From Tubulanus polymorphus (Eukaryota; Animalia; Nemertea), in the NCBI RefSeq assembly GCF_964204645.1, contig NC_134025.1, positions 4,402,001 through 4,466,000 on the forward strand: a stretch of 64,000 nucleotides of DNA, in the 5' to 3' direction. Positions 23,201 to 39,700 of this stretch are shown piece by piece. The notes beneath the pieces were generated by a model that was not told where the DNA came from, did not search any database, and saw only the letters and a program-made list of their open reading frames with translations. How positions within the stretch are numbered: the first letter of the stretch is position 1; each line of letters begins with the position of its first letter. The position numbers and the translations under genes are program-made.

Positions 23201-26200
23201 TGATCAGTGAATATTGAATCAGTGCCATGTCGCTATTGACTGCGTTTCTAATTCCGCAATACAGAAAGAGAGAATAATCGGAGTCACGTATTTAGTTTCA
23301 AAGACCGTTAAATGTTTTCTTTTACCCATTGTTTAGGGTTTTCACGCATGTGACATCTTCATAAATTCAAAATTGATGTTTCGTTAAATAATCTTAGATT
23401 GAGCCTTGTATTGACATCCTTCTTACAACAGGTTAGAACCTACAAGCAGCACTCGGATGTATATCTTCAATACGCAGGGATGCTTGAGCAAAACCTTAAA
23501 AGAAATTCCTTGCATTTCCTCAGCTTTAGAAACTGCATTGCATCTCATGACAAAACGTGGTCATTTGAATTCAGTAATGTCAAAATGGAGAAAACTCCAC
23601 ATAAAAAAAAGTAAAGTCTTTATGTAAAATGTTAATGTTTTATTCAACATTAGCCAATAAAATGCCTACATATTGCACATGCTTTAGCTGTATGTTTACA
23701 GGTTGGAGTGAAAAAATAAAACGTACAATGTTGCAGGTTTTAGAAGGTTGTGAATGTTCACAGGTTTTGTGACAATTCTTAGTAATAGATGGCAGAATTT
23801 AGTGCTGATTAACTTTTATGAAAATTAAATAGAAATATTTTGACAGGTTTGACCGTAAACGTTTTATTTTATACATTAAAACAATAAGGTCTATTAAACC
23901 ATAATTCAACATTCGAATAGATTATCAACTCTGCCATCAAACTTTCTATGAAAGGCATTGTGAAAATGATATTAAATTACGTACTTTGCAAACCCAGAGC
24001 CTTACATGATACATTTCCATCATTCTCGAGAATAATTGTCCGTGTTAAATTACGTAATTCTTTTACCGCATGAAAATGAAGACAAAGTGCACTATTTCAT
24101 ATCAATAAATATCTATAATAATGATAGAAAAAGCATGTGCTCTGGTTGTGTGCTATGATGAGACTCTCATCAATTTATCAACGTTTGTGCTTGCCTCAAA
24201 TATATTAAACTCTACCGTCATAACTGAGTACTACAGAATGATATTTATATCAACATGTACAATATATTTTGATCTATAGCGAACAACAAGTTTATCTTCC
24301 CTCTACTGTAGCTGTAGTTATTTACACACAAACTGGGGGGAATTTAAGAATCCGAATTGTAAATACGAAGACCCGCTATGTTCCTTTCACTAGTGATATA
24401 CGTCAGAATGAATTAATATTTCCAAAAAAAGAAAATTTCTTTCAAGGCCCATTTCACTAAGCATTTATCTAGAACATAGGTGATCTTCATGTAACATATT
24501 GTATCTGTGTAGATTGGATGTACGCACTCATACACTTTTTGATTAGCAATAAAAAAGGGTTTTGATATTTAAGCTAAAGGTACAGAGCATTTGTATTTGG
24601 GAGGGTTGTAGAAGGTAAATAACTTTGGAAGAAACACATTTCAGTTTTTGTTTTATTATTATTATTATTATTATTTACGATTCTACACACACTTACTGTC
24701 GGCACACACTGGTTTTATTTTTTTACGTATTCATGATTAATTCATATATATATTCATCATATGTACAATGCTTTCCAGAATAAAATCTTAAAAATATACA
24801 AGAAAATTACAAAATCCGACAAGAAAATAATAATATACATGTACATAGTTCAGTACAATTACAACAACGCGAGGCCAACTCTCATTATCAATAAGGGTCA
24901 GGTCGATTAACCTTGAAAACCAACAAAACCGTTCAATATTGGATAATGCAGGAGGCCTCATCGCTTGTACAAGATTTTTCAAACATTTTACAGTTACGTT
25001 TTGTCTCACATATTAATGTACAAGGAACGAATGAGAACCATTATATCGACGGTTCTTATATATCATTGCCAGTGCTATGTACTCCAGTGTGGTTTAGCAT
25101 TTTTTAGATACTACATTACATCGATAGCTATCAATAAGAATGCACAGCGCAATGTAGGCGGCATAAAATCTAGCCAGTCTGCCAACCAAAACTAATCTTA
25201 TATCGAGAACACTCTGAAGAGTCTCAGATCATGACAGACGGCTAAGATATACAATCAATTTCCTTTTGAAGTCATTATTACGATTCAATTTGAAACTAGT
25301 ATTTAGAATAATAAATAAGTAATAGATATTCCCCAGGAAGGAAAATAATTCAGCAGCAAAAATTCAATACACAATTCCAATCACATCAACAAATCGTGCA
25401 ATTATCAAAACCTAAGCAGAAATCAGATTCAATTCGGAATTTTAAGCTTAGCTCTTATGCACAATCAACTAGAGGATGAGCGGAAATTCGAACAAGTTTG
25501 GTGTTATCATGAAGCGATCAAAACCATCGAATTAATCGAAAGGGTGAATAAACTACAGCTAATAACCAATCACAAACGATGACATTTTGTCGTCATAAAA
25601 TAAAGAAAAAAAAATCAAACGTAAACCACACTGGAAGAATCAGATGATTGGCAAGAAGTCGGTTTCAGATATCTACATATTTATACATCTATATGAAGGC
25701 AAGCGAAGACACGCTTATATAAATGTACACGCATGTAAAAATCTATAGAATTTTCCCCCAGTTCACTGCACATACATGTGAACAACATATGCGCAATATA
25801 TTTTTGTTTTGAGTCGCACGCAGTTCAATAATGTCAATTATTATCAATCCCCTTGAATACAAGAAGAAACAAATGCATTTTACTACGTATAACAGGAACC
25901 ATTTCTTCGATGTCTGGCCATCGGACAGCCAGATATCAATCAATATATTGAGCACTGATTACATATAATGGATTCGGTGTAAATCAGTGCGTCCCCTATA
26001 GACATTCTCAGTATTCCAGAAAGTCTAAAATTCAGTTCGTTTTATCTCATATTGCATCTAAATTAAAGCATCGAAGCGATGAACACATTAAGTGTATATT
26101 TATAAAGCAAAATACTCATGCACGAATCTTTCCAAAACGAGGATAAACTTTTCCTTTCTCGAGCGAGTAAGATTTATAGTCGAGTGTCATTTCTGCAATT

Positions 26201-26559
26201 GTACATTAACAGTTGTACAATAATCCGATAATAAGCCAATTTTACAGTTCACTTCTTCTTAAGTCATTAGCCGATAACTACGATCGTAGCGTATGCAATC
26301 AATACGCATGCATATATCGTATAAATCCGTTTTCTGTTAACAGGTGATTGTCTCCACATTATGGCAGACTATGAGCTGTCAATAAACTGCAAATCAGATT
26401 AATTTACTATCCAGGAAGATGAGGCGCGATTATTCCATCATGCGAGTTACGATTATGGTGAAAAATAATCCATCTGCTAGAGTATTTTAGTAGAAATCAC
26501 TGCGCAGTTGTTCTAATTAAATAAATCTTGGTTGGCACTGACGGTGGGGTGTTTATCCA

Positions 26560-29500
26560 TCATCGACATGCAAGGATGTTAATAGGAGGAATTACACGAG
26601 TATCGGTCTGCAAGGAAACAAAATAACTACGATGAAATGAATGGAACTACCGAATTAGTCATTTTTAGCTGTGCAACCATGCGCTACAATACAGAACAAA
26701 GTAACCAAATTCTAAGCATTTGTCGATTAATCCTTAAGGGAGGATCTTCAATCAATGCCTTCTCCTTGCACCGGAAATTATTTTGTGGAATTCCTTCATT
26801 TGTCGCTGGATGTGATACACACCTGGTATTTTCTGCGTTCAATGAAGTCTGACAGACGTGTTGTCGTTATCTGGACAGCATCTGCGCGATTGTTTGCAGA
26901 TTCATTCATGGTTTTAATCCATTGACTTTCAAGACATGACTGAGCAGATGGCCGTTGACTGCAATGAAATCAGATACCAGTAACATATAAAATCCAAGGC
27001 CTCAGAGTTAGATCATACGATCGTTTTACGACTTACTGGAGATCTTCGATGAGCAACGACGCGATCAAATCTCTCGCTTCTTGCGATATTCCGTCGAAAT
27101 ATTCATCAGGGAAACAATAATCCCGTCGCAAAATGTTCGAACACGTCTCTTCAACGCTTTCATCGAGGAACGGCGACACACCACTCAACAAAACATATAT
27201 CACCACACCAATACTCCTATATAAACATACGCAATTTTCCATTAGAATTTGGTATAAGAATCTTTTGAATTCAACAAAGATATCTAAAAATAGCTTTGAA
27301 TATTCTTTGAACTTGAAAGGGGTTGATAACTTACCATATGTCCGTCTTCAGATTCACAGGTGAGCCGCTAACTAACTCAGGGGCTGCGAATTCTGGATTT
27401 CCGATCAGTGGATGCACGTAATAATTTGTGTAAATATGACGAGCATCACCAAAATCAATCAGTTTTAACTGAGGTGTCATACTGCAGATTTCTACCATTA
27501 GATTCTCAGGCTTTAAATAAAAAGGCAATCGCAACATAAACCACCAGAGATATCGACTCATTTAGGCCAAGATGTTAGATAGAACTTCAAACCAGAACAT
27601 TGAGTATTACCTTGATATCAAGATGTGCAATACGGCAGTTATGCAGATATAAAACTACATTGAACAGCTGTCGAATAAAATTGGCCGCGATGATTTCATC
27701 AAACGATGGTTTACAGACTAAATAGTCAAATAATCTTCCACTTGGTAGCCTGAAAAAAATATATGACCGTATCAAAACTGGGTCCAGTAAGCAGGCCGCC
27801 TTTTCAGCTGCTGACATATCGTACAGAAAACTTACAAATTCATAACGATGATGTAAGAAGATATGTTTTCATATACATCGATAGCGCTGTGTAAGTTTGG
27901 ATGTTCCAGACTCTGCAATGTGTTGAATTCAGTCTCGGCGGCATCTTTTTGCGTCAGTTTTTTGCTGATGTATTTAACTGCGACCGCATGATTCTTATCA
28001 TCCTTACATCTTTTAACGATTGAAAATCGACCCCTGAATAGTAATGAATACATTTAGAATATACCGATGATAGGAGGATACATTTAGATTTTTCAATGCA
28101 GAACTGTGATATGTACCTAGCTATTTCACCAACATCACTGTAATCCTGACTAAATGTAGTTTTCCAGTTGACTTTCTCTGAATCCGACGTATCGTGTGGA
28201 CTTGTCACTGCTGATTCACCGTCGATGCGTATCGGTTCCGTAGGTGGACTGGGTTCGCTGATACCGATGCGATTATTTGCGCTAACGCGGAACTGATACG
28301 ATGAACCGGGTTGTAGATCCTGTACGATCGTATACGTGGTCGGCACATACGCGCAAACCGCTTGCCAAATATCAACACCTCGTTCCATATATTCAACTGT
28401 ATAACCTTGTATCGGTGTATTACCGTTGTGTGCGGGTGATTGCCACTCGAGTTGTACGTTCGTTCCAGTTGTCAGTTTAACCGTTGGTTTACTAGGCGCA
28501 TCTGGTTTACCAGTTACGGTCAATCGAGCGGATGAAGAGACAGATCCCAGTTTGTTGTTAGCCACACATGTGTACTGACCACTCTGACTGACTGTCACTT
28601 GATTCAGCTTGATAAAATAAACAAAAGATATGAAATCAGAATCATTATCAATTCTACTATTTCTCAAAAATTACTTCACACAGATACGACTACAACAGCT
28701 GTTTGAGAGCAGTTTCTATTCTTTTTAAGAGCTTAACTTCTCCCAAAAATATCAAAATCATTTTCAATCAAACTACTAACTATTTTCAGTGTCAAATTAC
28801 TCTCATTTTTTGAGAAAACTATTACAATTACAGAAATCAGGTAGTCTGGTCTGCTTCATAGTATACAATATATTTATTGATTATTATGCTGTATATCTTT
28901 ATACCTGCAACGTGACTGTGCCATCATCTGCATAGTACATTTCTGCCAGATCACTAGGAGTGACAAACTGATTGTCTGGTCCTTTCCATGCAACGTTTGG
29001 ACGAGGCCGTCCACAAACTTTACACGTAAAAACAGCAGTTTCACCGGTTTGAACAGTTATTGGACACAGCTCTTCTTCGTATGATGGACTAACATCTGGC
29101 ACTAAATGCTAGAAAAGATTTTCATGAAATTATTCCCCTAAATGTCTATGTAGTAACTATGTTTTCATTTGCAACAAAATATCTATTCAAACAAACCTTA
29201 GAATACTTGGATGACTTAGATCGGTGGTATCTATCGAGGCTGCCACCTTTGCCATAATCTTTCTGTTTCTCCTTATCCTTCTCATTCTTAAAACTTGGCT
29301 TACGGAATTTTAACGCGGCCCATGAAGACTTTCTATAAGCATCCAAGCATTAGTCATATGAATTAATGAATAAATTTAAGGCCATACTAGCACTTCTTTA
29401 TGATATTAAATACGGACCTGTTTTCTGCATCTTTGGGCAGTAACAAATGACTAGGTATCCATCCCTCAGCAGCTGGACTATTATCATTAGCTGCTCGATG

Positions 29501-32500
29501 GACTAGATAACGTTTCTGATTGAGTGAAATTACTTGAACTGTTTCGCCTTTACTGACAGATATCTCATCTTCCTTGATAGCTGTATAATCGGCAAGTACT
29601 TTCAATGTGGAGTTCACCTGTCAAAATCAATGAAATCAATTCTTACTCCTACTACAAATTACTGAATTCATGCATTCATACAACAGACCTCGAAATGAGA
29701 TTTCATACTATGAAATTTCATCAAACTGTCTAACAATTGTCATCTTACTCATTCAAACAATCACAACTTAATGACTTATCAACTACAGATAGATGTATCA
29801 ATCATTTCTAAAGATTACATGAACAAATTTTGACTAACCAATGATGTATCGGCATCAGACTGTTGTGATTCTGTAAAATCTGGTAGTTTATCCTGGCTGG
29901 AATTATCCGCCAATGCATGAGAATTCGCTACAACTTCGGCATTTCGAATGTGAGTATCACTCTTAGTTTTGTGAACACGTTGAAGCGTATTTTTAAATCC
30001 TTCGAATATATTTCGACGTTTACTATGTTTCTCCAGCGTGCTGCTTTGTTGTTTCTCGACCGGAGAGTTCGGATTTGATGAGTCCGTTTTTGGACTTTCG
30101 ATCATCTGTAGAGGGTTCGGCACTGATTTACACCGTGAATGCTTGTTTGAATCTTTTAGACGTTCTTGGAGTTTCTGGGCACTGGGGCCTGGGGGAGGAA
30201 TTCCCAGGCCTGAAGCTTGCCCATCGGCCCTGAGCGTGGAGTTCATCCCTAAACTGCCGAACTCCATTGATGATCTGAAACAAAAAGACAAATATAAGAT
30301 ACCGCCTTGAGACGTAGGATAAATGTATACATTTGAAAGAAAGCGGTATTGTACACAAACGTCCGTTTGTTATGTGGGGCTTCATTCTCATATCTTTGAG
30401 ATGAGAATATACACAAAATTACACGTAACACTCCAATTAGTACTGGTGATTACATCTGAAGTAGTCTCTTTATAGTCAGAAACAATTAGTAATGATGGTA
30501 ATAAACAACATCGGGTATTAAACAAGGGTCGTTGGGTATCCATTGAACAATAACAGCTTTCATAACGAATGTATACATTTACATATTCAAAGGATCAATC
30601 CATCTACAGCCAAAACATGCCATTTAGTGGGGACATGGGCCGTTCGAGTTAAAAAATTGTATCTCATGCATTTGATTGAGTTGCATCCTAAAAAATCTAT
30701 ATGATAACTTGTGATGCGAATTCTATTCTAAACATGCAATTCAAGTGTTTCTGGCATGTGATCCTTGCTTTTAGTACCAATATTTTAGTATTCTTAGTAA
30801 ACACAAATGCACTAATGTGAATATTTCGTGTCCAGATAGAAGATAAATTTTCAAAATTCTGTGCATATTTCAGCCAGACTGAGATATTCGAACATCAAGT
30901 CAATCTCAATTGTTTTACGCTTGGCAGATTAACTTAGGAATAAATGTATGAAATCATTGAAACATTAAACAGTGAAAGCAGTAAAGATGAGGTATACACA
31001 ATCAACAGGGCTGCCCATAATTCAGTATAAATCAATTCCCATTCTTATAGATGTACATAGATCTGTTCTCATTACTGAAAGTATATGAGTTCAGATCAAT
31101 TTTTGAGCATTCTAAAATGGGCAGCCTGAATAACGCTTCAAAAACCACAATAACGGGTCTTGAAACGTTTTTTTGATGAAAATTTCGACAGAAGGTAAAA
31201 TTCTCTCCAAGCGGACAGAGGAAAACAGGGATGTCATAGATTGCAAGTATGACTGTTCGAAATTGCCGAGATAGCAAGATTTTCGAAGAAAATGCTAGAA
31301 TTCAGTCAGGTGCCAGAAAAATATAGAGTTTTTCACAGCAAAATCGGACTGCTTACATGTATGGAATACCGCGATTCTTAGATCGTACGGCTTTCAAAAA
31401 TGACTACAACAAAGAATAACTAAATCAGGCAAAACAGATACATAAAAGGTGAAGTGCAAATAAATAAAACTCAGACTGATGCAAAAAACATCTGTATTCG
31501 TTTTTACGATTGATTTGATAAATCCAAATTTTGATTTGCTTGAAATTACGAAGAATACAGATATGGCCCGGCGTGAAAATAAAATAGGGTTGTGGAAATT
31601 CTACTCAGTGATGTCTATCAGTCTAACAGTACTAAACTCGCGCTACTAATCGATAGATTCATGCCAAGAATAAAAAGACACATAGTTCGTTTTTTACACA
31701 GAGACTACAGCGAGAGAACAACACCGAGAACGTTATGAGTAAAGTTAAGACTTACAGGAGTGCGTTACTTACGCCTCTTTCTGTTGCATGAAAACCAAGG
31801 GGTTAGTCAGTGCTGAAATACATACATCAAAAACAACAATTCATTAACAATTGCAAGCATCATGAAAGTATCTTTTGTACAGACATATAAATATGATTGA
31901 AATCGAATGTCATCGGATTGAGCTCTGTTACTGAAAACTCACCCCGCACTAAACCTGCTTGCATATCGAGTATATTTCGGATTTCAGAAATCCATTGTTC
32001 TCTCACTTCTTTACTTGAAGCTTCTATGTAATATTTCATGTCAGACCCGGGAGATTTGTCGATTATGATAAACTGAAGCGGTTCATTTTCTACATTGTCT
32101 TGGAGGCTCATTTGGTTAGCCTGCACAAAAGAACCATGCATACATCTTATTCATCATAGAATGAATTTATTTCAAAAAGGAAAACATTCCAGAAACGATT
32201 CATTACCTTTACGCTCTTTTTGTAGATATAGCGACAATTTGATATATTGCCTTTCTTTCGTTCAATCATTTCACTTAATATAATGATTTGTTGAAATAGA
32301 AATACACGACGTTCTTTGAATTTCTGCTGACCGGCTACAGCGCTACGTTCAGCTACGTTAAGCGTTTCCTACAAATAACCAAAAATATGAATGAAACCAT
32401 TGATACAAACTTCTACATTTAATCATATAATCCAAACTGTGTATAAAGACATGATTATTTTTCATTCAAGAACTACTTACTTGTAATTTGAGATGACCCA

Positions 32501-35500
32501 ATGCTGTAATTTTACCCTGAAATGAGAGCGAAATCAAACAGTTTCATTCATAGTAGCTGTTATTATAATTAAGGACCACACCCAATAATTTACTCGATCC
32601 ATAATACGTATATGTGACCCATATAACAGTGAAGTTTTGATGTTTTTGTGCTAATTGAATTGATATCTTACATCAAAACCTTGTAAGCGACCAACATTCA
32701 TCATATCATTGGCTTCTTTTGGCACGACTTTCATCACATTGACGGCAGCTTTCCAGTCGGTTGTATCGACACCAGAGCGTTCTGTATATTTTAAGATATC
32801 CTAAAAAGCAAGTTTACACACACCATTGAGTTCATCAGTATAAAGCTTATCAATACTTTCTAAAGTAGTTTGATCTGATTGAAAGTGATAAATTCGAATC
32901 ATGTTAAGCAGCAGTACCTTGAGCAGTAGTTGATATTTCATAATTCTCTGTACAGGTTTAATCAGCAGGTCAGGCAAGGTCAAACGATGACCTAGTTTGA
33001 GGCGTAAATCCTCAAAGAATGTATCCATATATTCAGCTACTATATATTCTGATTTCGGTTTATTTTCACAATATTTTACATACATATGGAGCCGTTGTTT
33101 CTGCAATATAAAGACATTTGTTACTTCATGATTAACAGTATCCACCTATGATATGATGACACATTAACATATAATTACACTTACATATCTTAGAAATACT
33201 CGGGCAAGTGAATCTGGATCATCGAGGCATTTCTCAAATTCATTTAATAAAGTGCTAGAAATAAGAAATACAAGAATCTCATTAATTTCTATCCTATACA
33301 AGTTTAAAGTACATTGATAATACGATTATAACACTCACTCTCTATGCCATTCATATATTTGTTGTGTGTTGCCAAATACTATGCGATCTTTGCCCTTCAT
33401 GTCTTCTGGAAGGGTCATCTTCTCCATGGCCTGCATATAACCTTCAACAACGAGTCCCAAGTCTTTAACATAGTCTCGTTCTGTGTCTATGAGCTCTTGT
33501 ATAACATACCTACAAATTCAATATCAGTTCAGATCATATATCTAATAATTTTTGATCATTTGCGTTTAGCTTTATTCGATCGATAATATTTTGTACGTAC
33601 ATTCGTTTTTGGAGACACTTAGTTTTGAAATCTTCATTATCTGCAGTATTTTCGCTCTGGGATAACGAGGCATCATCCTGGTTGTCCTGTGACGTGTCCT
33701 GGCTATCTGTATGTATCATGCCTTTGACCTGGTTCTCCAGTTCCTGCGCTATATCGACAGAACTGCCACTCGCAGCTTCTGATGTTTTCAATGAAAGACT
33801 CGAGGACTGTAAATAAATGAAAGTGCCATTCATCATAAAGCAGAAAATACGACCATAAATATGATATTTATGTTTTTGATATCAGGAATTTGATGATGAA
33901 AACATAAATAATACACCTCCACAAAAAGTTGTCAATGATTTATCATTTGATTAAACTGTTAATCAATCGTTCCATGATTTGTAGACTAATCAAAATGCCT
34001 TATTAAAATACTGTTTATTTCTTAACATTTAATCATAGACTCTCTTCGTTTTAGAGTCTGTGGCTTAATATATAGCATCCTGAGTCACATCAATCCTTTC
34101 TTCATAAGAGATCTCATTATGTGTACATAAGGAATTCAATAAAGTATCACAGACAGTGTATCAATGTGTGCTCAATATGTTTAATCAGCAATATGAGTTT
34201 ATGGTTAATGATGAGAGCTTATAGAACTCGACGATCGATCGATAAATAAGCAGCTCTCAATTACTAAGTGACAGCAATATTTATTACATTGATTTCTAGA
34301 TTTCTGATTTCCGAATAACTTCAAAGGGCAGATCAAAGAGTTTTACAGGACATTTTTCTATGTACCAAGATGTATTATTCCCTCAATTCCATTGCATATG
34401 CATAACAATATGCATAACAAAATCTTGCTAGATAAATGTGAAATATTCATCAAGCACCTCTTGAGAACCTTGTAGTGATTTTTTTTTACAATTAGGAAAT
34501 TGACCCCTGATCTCAAAATGCCTAGATAAATCTATAAAATTTCCTCTTATCACAAACCTGGGTTTCAAGTGCTTTTAACTTGTCTTCCCTAAATTGATTC
34601 ATGCCCTTCCTTAAGTCCTGCATTAATTTCCTAAATGCTGCCATTTCCAATCCCAAAAGTTGTGAACAACTTGTCCACCTCAATTCATATATCATGTAAA
34701 TATAACAAAGTTTTAGTTCCTTTTTGTGATAAAGTAGTATATTTTACTCATACCCACTTGTTCATATTTAGTAATTGGTATTTTCGAGTCATGCACAAAT
34801 ATTTCAGGAAGTATTTCTGCTATTCATTGGTGTTGCTCGATGTCTAATTCAGTTTTACCTTTTTCACAAGATATAGAGATTTCAAAAAAATATCCCTGAC
34901 TTTTCCTTGATTTTTAGGTTAAGTGGTCACCCTGTAACTTTCAAAACATTTCCTAAAACATTTCATACCCGAGTCAGAAAAACCCACGTTTTAGCCGGGG
35001 AACTGGCGGTCGGAGTTGATACTTACTACTTTAGAATGTACATCTTCTTGGGATTCTTGCGGTGATGAAGCAAAGTGATGCGTTTGTATTTTTTCCATAG
35101 GAGGCGGAATTTCCACGTCTTGCGCTTCTTCTGCATCTTCGGCATTCGTGTCGGAGCGTTCAAGTAAAGCTCCATCAGACGCGGTTTTAATCGCGTCACC
35201 CGCCGGCGATTCCGCTCGTTCCTACAAATATACATCGGTCAAAAATGAATTTTACAACCAAACAAATTGTTTAATTTTCTTTTCTCCGCCACCAGAATTT
35301 TGCGACAATTGTCTAAATTCCTGAAAAGCGATTGTATCCATCATTGACATTAAAATATTGTTTTCAATGTAAATGATTAATGAACAGTATCAAAAATATA
35401 CAAATTCTAAAATGTTTAATTCGAATTTAACTCGATTTTCAATGAATTAATTGCTGTAATGTACAGCGAATAATTTGGACTACATGTTGTTGGTAAGTGT

Positions 35501-38500
35501 TGTCACTGAGAGCATGCTTAAACTGTGGCAGTTGAATTCATGAAGTTTCACGAGGAAGGACTAGATATTATGAATCTATTAGGAAGAATCACTACATTTA
35601 CACCTCAAAGGAAGACTAACATGCAACAGGACATGACGTATAGTAGTATAACCTAAAAACATCGCGCCAAATTTGGAGCAACAGATATCGTCAATCTTCC
35701 TACCCGGTTCTGACTAACTTTCTCTGTCTGATATGATTTCTTGCGCTTGTGGCAAAAACACAGCACCTTCAGAAAGTTGAAATTGTCGAGATTAAATATA
35801 GTTGCCATGGTAACGAGTGGTTGTAATGTCTGATCGTTCGTTGGCCCGATGTCTGTCAGATCAATGAAGATCAGCTAAATCATCAACTTCATTAAATCCG
35901 TGTACAGGACATTTTATTGAGTGTATTTTTTAACGATAGCATTTCAACGTGACACACGCGCGCACACTATATATCACAGTATTCCATCGCTAAATGATGT
36001 TGAAGCAGAATTTCAGCCGTACATAAAAATACCGTTTTTACTTTCCGAGCGATAAAGTCTGTGTAAGGTGTAGAGTGACGTTGTTAACTAGTGAATATCT
36101 AGGTCAAGTACTGTCACTCGATCACTCGCCCGTGCCTAGCTGTTATTCCGCTAAATCAATTCAACCAACCAATTCATGAGCACCAACAATAGTGCAAAAA
36201 TACTGCATGGCTGTTCATCGCTACTGCTAGTGCACCAGACATGACTAAATTGGGAGATTAAATAAATACTCATTCATTCACTGGTGAACTTTATTGACAT
36301 ACTTTTGTCAAATACTTCAGACCCATAATGTTACTGTAATAAAAGTCTTTTCATCGATGGCTTCTTTTTCCTCTAATAAGCAAAATGAGTAAATAGTAGT
36401 AAAAAAGAATTATGATAGGCTTATTTCGGGTAAAAGGCTTCATTTATTGACACACTTTGTCTAATACTTCTGACAAATAATGTTAACGTAATAAAAACTG
36501 CGGATAAAAAATCTTTTTATCAATGAATTACTTCTACTTCGACCAATAAGCAAAATGAGTAAATGATAGTAAAACGACTTTTATTGGCTTCTTTCGAATG
36601 AAGGCTTTCATTTGATCGTCAAATATGTATTTCAGTCAGTTTATTCATGTGAAAACATATCACAGCGACCCAATGGAGATATAAGTAATTCAGACTAGAC
36701 ACCCATTACTCGAGCCTGTTAGCGAAATCATGTGCTACTTGACCATTGCTGATTGAGCAATTTCACCGTGACACAGGCAATTTGCGCCAACATGCTGGTC
36801 GTATAATTACTAGAATAATGATGATAAGTTTTGACGTGCGCTTAGCAATCTATTATATCAAAGAACGAAGGATAGAGGTAACTAAGTGTGCTGAGACAGG
36901 CCTGATTATATACGGCTTCGTTCAGAGCAGTTTCCAGTCCAATAGTTAGGTCTACCAGATACACATACTGTGGAAATTAATCGGATGATTCGAGGTTAAT
37001 TCGACGAGTCCAAATTTAATTCTAGAACAGTATGAAATACCCTCAAATCAAAAGACACGTTCGTTTTCAATTACCAAAACACATAAGAATACGACGATTG
37101 AAAATGAAATTCAATCAGTGATAGACTACGTATAATCATTAGTTATTTATACTGCCTTTTGGTTGAATTGAAGGTCTTTCATATAGGTATTAGCAGACAC
37201 CACTGGCATTTTGAATATAGATTTTAATGGGCCACACCCTATATATAATAGTTGCACTATACAGAATGAGGAGTGCGCTCTTCAGCTAAAATCATAACTA
37301 CCTCATACATATGATCCCCAACCCGCAATTCACATATGTAACATTACTGTTCTTATCATCACCTGACGGCGTTAACCACGCCAAAATTAGAAATTCTTTT
37401 TTTTTCGCGCATCATCATCATCGAGAGGCGGAGGTTTTTTTCGGAAGTTCATATGAATCATCGATGGAAAGTAACGATATTGAATAGAAACTCGACGTGA
37501 TGTTTGTCGACACAAACTATCGACAAAGACGACTACGACACACCTGTAGTAAACACGTACTCAACGCAGCGATCAATGAGAACAGCTCTCAATAATATAT
37601 AGGGAATCGCTAATCAGCCAGCTATAATCATATTGACTGCATTTACGTAACGACACGCAGTAACTAGTGCATCACTAGTTCATGGCCGATGACCTGTTGC
37701 TCTAGTCTCGACAGCTAAGACAAATTCAATCTGAAATTGTGTTCAGAATGACCGGTCCCGGACAAACTAATGACCGCCAACATCTGAAAAGATCTATCAG
37801 CAATAAGTTAAATACTTATTCAGGAACATTTAATTTGAAATATGAAAGAAAATGTTCAAATCAATCAGTAATCGATGCTAAGACATTCAGTAACGTCTGC
37901 GCGCATCGAACAAATCAAATCAGTATTTCTCAGGACAAAATAGTAACGAACTACTGAAAATCAGAAACAGCTAGCAGTAAGAGCTGCAGGCCAATGAATA
38001 GATGTATAAAACAAGGCTCAACCTAATCACCGCCTCATACATAACTTGTATGAGAAATATTCATATGATTAAATCAGGGCTCGAATTATCACCAAGGACG
38101 GTCGATAGCGATCGCGACCGAATGACGTCTGGGGACGATAGATTCCTCCTCTATATGAGCGAAAGATCGTGCCGATGGAATGTAATTGACAATTCTCTCG
38201 AGTAGATACCCGAAGAGATGGATATTCCCATCGAGGCACATTATACACGCTGATATTCAATGGTCGCTAATCATACATGATACTGCTATTACAGATTAAG
38301 ATTCTATGCCTAATGTACCGTATGTACATATGTAGATGTACTAAGACGATTGCAAATATCATTCTCGCATTATATGTACCTTTTTATGAATTTCTAACGA
38401 AATTATTTCTTACTCTTCGTTTAATCACTTCGCGATCAATATTCACTCAATTCCTAGAATTCTGATTCCTGACCTTCGAACAATGTCCTAATCGCCGATT

Positions 38501-39617
38501 TGAACGTTGATACATGACTAGAATTGCTCATGAACATAAACCGTTTACAAAGACCTGTACCTATATACAAATGCCTAATATCCTAGGTAATGAATGCGAA
38601 AAGAGCAGCCTGAAGAATATCGCCTTTCGGTGGCTACATCCTTTTCCTGCCGCCATTTATTTCGGCAATTGATCGCAACCGCGCGAAATGAAGCATGAAA
38701 ACGAAAGAGACGATAATCAGCCGAGCATAGGGACGTACATGATCAATAAAATACATCAGTGAATGAACACACACAAGACACCGGTTATAACTCTATCAAC
38801 AGCGTCATTATAAACCGCTGTTAAAACGTCGTTTCTGGCAGCGGTCACGGCAGTAGTCGCACAGCAGTCGTTTATTATATCTCTTCGATAGACAATGAAC
38901 GATCTCACGCAATTATTAAAATCCTCACACGCTGCCGTCGTCGTCGTAGTCGGTCCATTATGTTAATCCGTCATTTCGTTTGAAACGCGACGGCTTACCG
39001 CTGGCCGACTGCAGAGCGATACGTGCGCCGTGCAACTACGCGATATCGACTCTACACAATCAGTGCAGTTGTAATCGTGCAATTATTACGCGAGAGCAGC
39101 AGCAGCAGCAGCAGCAGCAGCATGTCTGTTCAGTCTGCAGACAGAGGCAGCTACCCATCCCCGAACTTCAATCACATACTATACATATATAGATACGAAT
39201 CAGTTATAATCAACAACTTGATGCCTGGTGACGCCCTATGTATCTGTCAAATCCATGAGAGCAAACTTCCAAAAGGGCTGATTAAAGGCTTTCATTTCCG
39301 GAAACATACCATGATAATTGTGATATATATCTGATCTCCTTTGTTGTTTTCAGTAATTACACATCAATTCCGTATCATTTATGAGAAATTCATATTTCCA
39401 AGATCTAGTGATACTTCCACAATCCAGGCCAACAGACTCTATATCAATTTGAAGTAGTTTTCCATCTCAAAAAAATCCAGAGACAAAATCATAGTGTAAA
39501 ATTGAAGGATGAAAGAAATTCTAAAGCCAAAAGCATTTGTCGAAGGCAGGTCTTAATCATTTTTTATCAGAAGAAAACAGTATAGAAACTGATCTTTTTC
39601 AGTAGCATTGAATTACA

Positions 39618-39700
<83 letters not shown>

